Source: Staphylothermus hellenicus DSM 12710
GTDB lineage: Archaea > Thermoproteota > Thermoprotei_A > Sulfolobales > Desulfurococcaceae
Direction of reading: 5' to 3'
Length of the DNA: 32,000 nucleotides
Assembly (NCBI RefSeq): GCF_000092465.1
Contig: NC_014205.1
Span: 540,001-572,000, forward strand
The notes beneath the pieces are model-generated. The model did no database searches and was not told the origin of the DNA. It saw only the letters and a program-made list of their open reading frames with translations. Shown here piece after piece: positions 1 through 5,142 of the stretch; the first letter of the stretch is position 1, and the number at the start of each line of letters is the position of its first letter. Position numbers and translations under genes: made by a program.

Positions 1-1
1 G

Positions 2-310
2 AGGGTTTCAAAAAAGGACTTCGTTGAAAGCATAGAAAACGTGAAAAAAGCTATAACTGATACACCGGCTAAAACAATAATCCTCGACCACCACATTGTC
101 AGAGATAAGAATTTCAAGGAAAAAATGAAGGAAATCTATGAATTAGCAGAGAAACACGGAAAAAAAGTATTAACAGCCGCTGAATACATGGGTCTCGAAA
201 ATTTACAGCTTGAAGCACTGAGAAAAGATATTAAGAAAGGAAAAGTCAAGCTTAACGAGCATGATATAGAGAATTACTATAAGAAACTATATTCTAAAAT
301 AAAGATCTAA
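2..310 (+). CDS. C-terminal part of a conserved archaeal protein, possibly metallo-beta-lactamase-fold hydrolase (UPF0282/COG2248-like); the 5' end lies outside the window
   Basis: The frame of the listed ORF 41..310 stays open back to nt 2 (RVSKKDFVESIENVKKAITD...), so the GTG at 41 is probably internal. The 'IILDHHIVRD' segment recalls the C-terminal His motif of MBL-like archaeal proteins. This is from memory and was not searched. Confidence 0.4.
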   Translation, partial: RVSKKDFVESIENVKKAITDTPAKTIILDHHIVRDKNFKEKMKEIYELAEKHGKKVLTAAEYMGLENLQLEALRKDIKKGKVKLNEHDIENYYKKLYSKIKI

Positions 311-962
311 CCCGCGAATGGGAAGCAAATATTTTATCTATTCTCTATTCTTCGGTGAAAAAAATAAAATATACAGTTAAAAACATAAACCCATACTTGC
401 TGCACACATATGGATACATAGAATATGCTTCCATAGATAGATATTACAAAGCACTACTTAGTTCTCTAGAGTTAAAACCATATGTGCCAAATAAAAAACC
501 TTGTCTCATCCATCCATCAATTAAACTGTAGTAAATGCCCATACAGAAACACATGCATATATGGCTTAACACGAAGCATCTTCAAGTACTCCAACGGTAT
601 TATCCAGTCAATAAGCTATATTCAAGGCAGAATACAGAAACACTTAACTAAAAGAATGAAGCATAGAAGCAAGCTCGAAGAAACAATAATGGATCTGATC
701 CTACGTGAAGATTTTAACAACATCCATAAAAGCTATACTGAACTAATAGGCTCCATAAAAAACACTGATTAATTCTAGAAAAACTAGTTAATGTAAATGC
801 TGCAGTGCTACAACCTTAATTCTTTTAAAAAGATGAAAGAATAATTATTTATAAGATTTTAATATAGCTATATGTTTGTATAGGCTATAATATTATAGTT
901 TTTGTTTTCAGCATATGTACTCTTTGGGAGTTTGGCGTTGGTGTCTAGCAGGGGTTAGAGTT

Positions 963-1313
963 CTAGTGTAGTTCTAGTTTGAGGCCCAAACTTCTTAGTC
1001 TTTCAAAATCTTTATCCTTGGTAACTAGTACATAGTTTCTTGATATAGATGTTGAGGCTATGAGTAGGTCTGCGTCTGGGATGAGTTGTCCCATATGCTT
1101 TAGTGAAGTATATAGTTCGCAGTACTTCATTATTACATCATTGTCTATGCCTATAACCTCATATATCCTTTCAAGAAGCTCCTTAACACGCTTTCTCTTA
1201 TGTTGCGGGACACCTCTTAGTACCTCAATAAGTGTAATAACCGATATTGCTCCTTCAACAAGTTCTCCCCGACGTAAATAATCTATCAACACACTTGTAT
1301 CATAGATCTTCAC
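963..1313 (-). CDS. vapC: PIN-domain ribonuclease, type II toxin VapC
   Basis: 116 aa with a GTG start. The N-terminus MKIYDTSVLIDYL carries the PIN acidic residue (D5). Later acidic positions (E30 region, 'DADLLIASTS', 'VTKDKDF') fit the PIN layout. The start overlaps the stop of an upstream small ORF in a GTGA junction, as is typical of vapBC pairs. Confidence 0.8.
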   Translation of the reverse strand: MKIYDTSVLIDYLRRGELVEGAISVITLIEVLRGVPQHKRKRVKELLERIYEVIGIDNDVIMKYCELYTSLKHMGQLIPDADLLIASTSISRNYVLVTKDKDFERLRSLGLKLELH

Positions 1314-1486
1314 CGTAGCCTAAACCCATCCCTAAAACTCTTGCTAGACCTAATAATCTCCTCATAATCCCTATCATCAAGGATTCTTCTAAGCTCCTCA
1401 AATGCCTCACGAATACTACTCCAATCACGCTCACCCTTCTCCCTCTCCAACAACTCCTTAACCTCCCTCAGCACTGAAACTTTCAA
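1310..1486 (-). CDS. vapB: small antitoxin-like protein (VapB candidate, ribbon-helix-helix-like); the start is uncertain (TTG 1486 inside the terminal CRISPR repeat, or GTG 1474)
   Basis: This ORF is not in the supplied track because it is under 60 aa. Minus-strand translation from TTG 1486 gives MKVSVLREVKELLEREKGERDWSSIREAFEELRRILDDRDYEEIIRSSKSFRDGFRLR. Its TGA (1310-1312) overlaps the vapC GTG (1311-1313). The frame is closed upstream by TGA at 1502-1504. A short strand (KVSV) followed by helices resembles small CopG/RHH-type PIN-associated antitoxins; this pattern is recalled, not searched. Confidence 0.55.
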   Translation of the reverse strand: MKVSVLREVKELLEREKGERDWSSIREAFEELRRILDDRDYEEIIRSSKSFRDGFRLR

Positions 1487-2091
1487 TTTTTCTAAATTGT
1501 TTCAATAGAAGCGGTTAAGAAGGGCTATTATCACATGGATCGCTTTCAATTTTTCTAAATTGTTTCGGTGTCTGTGTCTGGCTAGGAGTAGTTGTTTCTG
1601 ATCCACTACCTTTCAATTTTTCTAAATTGTTTCATATGTTTCCACTGCTATCAAGTGCTTTAACCCTTATTATCTTTCAATTTTTCTAAATTGTTTCTTT
1701 ACTTGGAAGCCGTGTGGGACATAGAATCTAACCGTTTGCTTTCAATTTTTCTAAATTGTTTCCAAACATTTTGAAAACACTTGATAATTCCCATAGGCTC
1801 CCTTTCAATTTTTCTAAATTGTTTCTTTATTACTAGATACCAATTGTTAAACCTTGCCTCAATTCTTTCAATTTTTCTAAATTGTTTCGCTCCATATTTG
1901 GCTTGACAAAAAGCTAAAAACGTTGATAACTCTTTCAATTTTTCTAAATTGTTTCCTCGGTCTAGCTGCTGCAAACAATGAAAGCATAAGCCCCTCTTCA
2001 CTTTCAATTTTTCTAAATTGTTTCGGGCAAGAGGGCAAGAGGGCAAAACAAACAATATATTGTTATGCTTTCAATTTTTCTAAATTGTTTC
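1480..2091 (-). CRISPR. CRISPR array with 10 identical 24-nt repeats and 9 spacers; no cas genes in the window
   Basis: The plus-strand repeat CTTTCAATTTTTCTAAATTGTTTC starts at 1480, 1543, 1610, 1674, 1739, 1802, 1865, 1932, 2001 and 2068. Spacers are 39, 43, 40, 41, 39, 39, 43, 45 and 43 nt, all different. Read on the minus strand the repeat is GAAACAATTTAGAAAAATTGAAAG, ending in ATTGAAAG, the 8-nt crRNA 5'-handle typical of crenarchaeal type I-A/III systems. The high-coordinate flank is extremely AT-rich non-coding DNA (leader-like), whereas the low-coordinate flank is coding. The array is therefore called minus, with the leader on the right. Confidence 0.95.
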
Positions 2092-2160
2092 TGTTCTTCA
2101 CTTTTTCATTGTTTATTTTAATTTTTGTTTTTGTATTTATGTTTTATCCTTGATAATTTG
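2092..2160 (-). promoter_or_regulatory. CRISPR leader-proximal region with TATA-like elements
   Basis: On the minus strand the region immediately upstream of the first repeat reads ...AAACATAAATACAAAAACAAAAATTAAAATAAACAATGAAAAAGTGAAGAACA|GAAAC.... TATA-like TTAAAATA (2114-2121) and ATAAATAC (2133-2140) lie 22 and 42 nt from the repeat. There is no coding potential. Confidence 0.45.
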
Positions 2161-2428
2161 ATGGTTTGTAATGGGTTTGATGAGGATCTAGTTGGGAAAA
2201 ACTTATATATTGAAACTTATGGTCTCCCGATCTATGCGGGGACTCTTCCATCGCATCTATTATCGATCTATTTTCTCTGTTATGATATTGCTAACTCTAT
2301 TTAGAACTCTGTTCTATTTCCCCACTATTAGGCTTTGATCGTTTTCCTCGTTTAGATCGGGATTCTTTTACACTATTGTTTTTGCTTGTTTTCTAGGATA
2401 TAGTTTGTTTTGCTCTCTACTTATCTCT

Positions 2429-2452
2429 CTTTCAATTCTTCTAGATTATTCC
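2429..2452 (-). repeat. solitary degenerate CRISPR repeat (20/24 identity) about 340 bp beyond the array, on the far side of the leader
   Basis: CTTTCAATTCTTCTAGATTATTCC compared with CTTTCAATTTTTCTAAATTGTTTC shows mismatches at repeat positions 10, 16, 20 and 23. It has the same orientation as the array. Confidence 0.6.
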
Positions 2453-2905
2453 TTGATATTCTCTCCTCCTAAAATCTTATTGAATTATGTTATCCTATAT
2501 GATGAAAACTTATGCTAATGAGGGGTTCTTAAAGGAGAAGCTGTTTAGGGCAAGCTACTCTATATGATAAAAACCAAATATATATTGTTTATTGTCTAAT
2601 GGAAAATTTTATGTATTATTGTATTTAGAATATATGTGGTTAGCAAACAAGAAGCTGTTGACTACCAGGAATGCCATTATGGTAGTAGTAATAAGGGTGA
2701 TTAGGCACATATTAGTTTATACCTTTTTATCTTTCTATATTTTTCCATATAGTATTTTTATATTGGACAAATACTGTTCGAAGGATTGGATAGGAGATTT
2801 TTTAATTTGCTTTTCTTATTCAGGATTTTAATTTTGTGAATGTGGTTAATTATTAAGAGTTATGAGATTAATAGATTAGCATAGTGGGGGAGGCTGGTGT
2901 AGTCG

Positions 2906-3424
2906 GTGAGCAGTTATATTGTTGAGAAATATGTGGTTGAGCTTGCTGATTCATTGTCTTATGTTAGGAGTATTGATGGGTTTCTTGTTAAGTTAGGGAC
3001 TATTGTTGTCTCGTTAGAGGATGATTGCCGTAATATAAGTAATTGTGACCCGGCTGTTTTATTGGAGAATATATTGATGCATGAAAAGTTGTCAAGGTAT
3101 TTATCAAGGTTTTCCTGCTACTTAGAGGATATTGTTGATGCTATAAATAGTGATCCTAGACATAAAGTGTTACGTAAATACATAGGTGTCTTACGAGGTG
3201 TCTTGGAGAGAATTAAATGTGTTGAGAGCCCCGGGATCCAGAAGACTACTCCTCCAGCTCTTTGGGTAAAAGAATATAGAGAGCAAATGAGACCGGTTAA
3301 ACCGGTACATAAGTTATCTTTGTATTTTAGATTAAAGAAAAATACAGAATCATCGTTGACAATGATATTACTATTATCTATAATACTATATGTTATATCA
3401 TTGATCATCTACTTATCCAAATAA
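2906..3424 (+). CDS. hypothetical protein with a C-terminal hydrophobic anchor
   Basis: 172-aa ORF with a GTG start, preceded by a GGGGGAGG SD-like motif (2886-2893). The C-terminus LTMILLLSIILYVISLIIYLSK looks like a single TM tail. No recognisable family motifs. Confidence 0.45.
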   Translation: MSSYIVEKYVVELADSLSYVRSIDGFLVKLGTIVVSLEDDCRNISNCDPAVLLENILMHEKLSRYLSRFSCYLEDIVDAINSDPRHKVLRKYIGVLRGVLERIKCVESPGIQKTTPPALWVKEYREQMRPVKPVHKLSLYFRLKKNTESSLTMILLLSIILYVISLIIYLSK

Positions 3425-3560
3425 TTTAGTTATCAAGCCTGGTCCGGAGTTAAAACTTTAACTATGTTATGGTCTTAACAGGTTAACTCTGTGTTATAGC
3501 CTGCGATCCACTATTGTTTCCCATATATTTTCTCATATACTAGAGGAGAATAGAAGAATA

Positions 3561-3600
3561 AGAAAGAAAAAGAAAAAGAGGTAGTATTTTATGTGAAAAA
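3561..3600 (-). terminator. oligo-T tracts downstream of the carbamoyltransferase gene
   Basis: The minus strand directly after the stop codon reads TTTTTCACATAAAATACTACCTCTTTTTCTTTTTCTTTCT. Archaeal termination typically uses T-runs. Confidence 0.4.
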
Positions 3601-4674
3601 TTACTTCTTACTACCCATTACCATTGCCATTACAGCTTTCTGTGCGTGCAGACGGTTTTCAGCTTCTTCGAAGTATAGGCTTTTCTCATAGCTGTCTAGT
3701 ACTTCATCTGTAACTTCTTGTCCACGGTCTGCTGGTCCACAGTGCATATAGTAGGGTTTGCCGGCTTTTTCTAGTCTCTCCATGGTTACTATCCAGTCCT
3801 TGAACTTTGCTTGATAAGCTTTAGCACCCTCCTTATCAACTACGTTGTTGAATGGTGGGAAGAACCCTTTCGGGCTCCAAGCCTTTGGATATACGAAGGT
3901 TGCTCCTTCGAATGCTTCATCCATATCATGTACTACTTTGAACTCGCTTCCCCAGTGCTCAGCGTATTGTTTAACCTTTGCAAGTACGTTATCTAATAAT
4001 TCAAATCCTGGTGGATGAGCAATGTATACGTCTGCTCCCAGCATAGCAGCTATTAATGCTACACTCTGTGGAACCGCTAATGGTTTTAGCCCGCCACTAT
4101 AAGCGTAGCTGACAACGAATTTCTTTCCTCTCAAATCCTTAGGCCATCCTAATGCTTCAAGAGCTGCTTGTGCATCAGCTAGTGCTTGGAATGGATGATA
4201 GATGTCGTCCTCCATGTTGAGCACTGGTATACTTGCCCACTTCGCGAATTCCTGTATAATCTTGTGTCCACGCCCAATAATCCATTTAGCAGCGTCTCCA
4301 TAGATACGTATAGCTATTCCACTACCATATCTGCTTAGAACTCGTGATACATCACGTATTGCTTCTGTCTGATATGGCACCATGTCTTCTGGGAGTGTTG
4401 GCCTATATACTTGGTCTGCGGCTATATAGATGCCTTGACCGCCTAACTGGTAGATTCCTGTTTGGAAACTGTTTCTTGTGCGGAGGCTCTTGTTGTAGAA
4501 TAGTAGATATAATGTTTTACCATCTAGCCAGTTAGCTTTCCTTATACCTTTATGATACATATCCTTTAGCTCTTTCGCTGCTTGTAGTACCTTGAATATA
4601 GTGTCTATATCGTAGTCGACATTTGTTAACCAATGTTTTCCTTCCAGGTATCCTAGGTACCAGGGTTCACTCAT
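3601..4674 (-). CDS. YgeW-type ('knotted') carbamoyltransferase family protein; substrate unknown
   Basis: Transcarbamylase motifs are present in variant form: SLRTRNSF (SxRTR), HPFQALAD (HPxQ) and YMHCGPADRGQEV (HCLP). The stretch RGKKFVVSYAYSGGLKPLAVPQS...YPKAWSP closely resembles my recollection of E. coli YgeW (KGKKIAMTWAYSPSYGKPLSVPQ...YPKSWAP). The longest ORF starts at TTG 4689, but ATG 4674 (MSEPWYLGYLEGK) is preferred: it has GGGG 9-12 nt upstream and a TATAAA box 35 nt upstream. Confidence 0.8.
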   Translation of the reverse strand: MSEPWYLGYLEGKHWLTNVDYDIDTIFKVLQAAKELKDMYHKGIRKANWLDGKTLYLLFYNKSLRTRNSFQTGIYQLGGQGIYIAADQVYRPTLPEDMVPYQTEAIRDVSRVLSRYGSGIAIRIYGDAAKWIIGRGHKIIQEFAKWASIPVLNMEDDIYHPFQALADAQAALEALGWPKDLRGKKFVVSYAYSGGLKPLAVPQSVALIAAMLGADVYIAHPPGFELLDNVLAKVKQYAEHWGSEFKVVHDMDEAFEGATFVYPKAWSPKGFFPPFNNVVDKEGAKAYQAKFKDWIVTMERLEKAGKPYYMHCGPADRGQEVTDEVLDSYEKSLYFEEAENRLHAQKAVMAMVMGSKK

Positions 4675-4709
4675 AATACTTTGCCCCAAGTCCTATTTGT
4701 CAGTATACA

Positions 4710-4715
4710 TTTATA
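4710..4715 (-). promoter_or_regulatory. TATA box candidate for the carbamoyltransferase gene
   Basis: The minus strand reads CTGTATAAATGTATAC, with TATAAA 35 nt upstream of ATG 4674. This implies a short 5' UTR. Confidence 0.35.
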
Positions 4716-4763
4716 CAGGTGGTTCAAGTATATATTATCTATGCTGATCACAGGGGAAACATA

Positions 4764-4805
4764 TAGTGTTGCTTTTGTAGTGTTTATTTGCTAGTGTTTC
4801 TGGGA
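4764..4805. repeat. three phased 14-nt direct repeats sharing a TAGTGTT core
   Basis: The three units are TAGTGTTGCTTTTG, TAGTGTTTATTTGC and TAGTGTTTCTGGGA, starting at 4764, 4778 and 4792. They lie in the divergent intergenic region. Confidence 0.5.
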
Positions 4806-4837
4806 GAGTTTATATGTGTGTTTGTCTAGATATTTTG

Positions 4838-4897
4838 TTTGATGATGAGGATTTGGATCCCGAGCCCAATATGTAGGGTTAGGCTAAGCCTGAATGG
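4838..4897 (+). ncRNA. possible box C/D sRNA (weak)
   Basis: C box AUGAUGA lies at 4842-4848, followed by an 11-nt guide, a D'-like CCGA at 4860-4863 and D box CUGA at 4890-4893. The overall spacing of about 52 nt fits archaeal C/D sRNAs. However, the C' box (AUGUAGG, 4871-4877) is poor and the D guide is self-complementary. Confidence 0.25.
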
Positions 4898-5056
4898 GCG
4901 CGGGGATTAGAAGTATCCGAAGATGTGGGGAGCAATCCGTTCCCCCCGAAAGCCCCTCAATGAAGCCTGAGAGGGGAAGGTTAGCCGTAGCATTTGTTGC
5001 ATTCGTATCTTTCGCTACGGCTAACCAGAACGGAACAGATATATCTGGACACGGTG
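4856..5056. ncRNA. G+C-rich, hairpin-dense island; candidate structured RNA of unknown class (strand undetermined)
   Basis: The island is visibly G/C-rich against AT-rich flanks. Hairpins: GGGGA(4927-4931)/TCCCC(4941-4945); CCCCTC(4953-4958)/GAGGGG(4971-4976) with the 12-nt loop AATGAAGCCTGA; and a perfect 13-bp stem GGTTAGCCGTAGC(4979-4991)/GCTACGGCTAACC(5014-5026) around a 22-nt AT-rich loop. The only ORF here (4884..5114, minus) looks spurious. Confidence 0.4.
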
Positions 5057-5142
5057 AAAAATAATTATGGATAATATGTAGCCGATAGAAATGCTGGTTT
5101 AACTGGGTAGGCATAGTAAATAGGTTTTAATGGCTGAATAAT

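Noticed and set aside
482-772. ORF 482..772 (+) 96 aa in the 650-bp gap left of vapC
   Set aside because: There are no recognisable motifs and no SD or TATA context that I could see. The composition is like the surrounding AT-rich non-coding DNA. I briefly considered a TnpB-type zinc-ribbon remnant (CSKCPYRNTC), but the rest does not fit. It is left unannotated.
1060-1281. ORF 1060..1281 (+) 73 aa
   Set aside because: It is antisense to the well-supported PIN-domain vapC gene, has a Ser/Cys-rich low-complexity translation and has no start context.
1699-2153. ORFs 1699..2055 (-) 118 aa and 1923..2153 (+) 76 aa
   Set aside because: Both lie inside the CRISPR array. Their 'proteins' are periodic translations of the repeat (recurring QFRKIE / LEKLK and SIFLNCF). 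They are artefacts.
2592-2831. ORF 2592..2831 (+) 79 aa
   Set aside because: The translation is hydrophobic, low-complexity and Phe/Tyr/Ile-rich, as expected from AT-rich non-coding sequence. It lies in the leader-distal non-coding stretch and has no support.
3118-4535. Antisense ORFs 3118..3408 (-), 3811..3996 (+) and 4344..4535 (+)
   Set aside because: Each lies fully inside and opposite a better-supported longer CDS, and none shows family motifs.
4873-5060. GC island as tRNA (including an intron-containing tRNA-Leu-like reading), 5S rRNA, RNase P RNA or SRP RNA
   Set aside because: - tRNA: a D-arm-like AGCCUG segment and a CGGGG/CCCCG stem exist, but there is no matching acceptor 3' strand, no 7-nt T-loop arm and no convincing bulge-helix-bulge.
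- 5S rRNA: GGAAGGUUAGCCGUAGC resembles the GAAGUUAAGCC region, but the helix order is wrong on both strands.
- RNase P: there is no GGAAAGUCC / ACAGAA..GGCUUA pair able to form P4, and the island is too short.
- SRP: there is no helix-8 GGAA/AGCA geometry.
4884-5114. ORF 4884..5114 (-) 76 aa across the GC-rich island
   Set aside because: It spans the hairpin-rich region and its translation has no protein-like pattern. The G+C enrichment is better explained by RNA or DNA structure.
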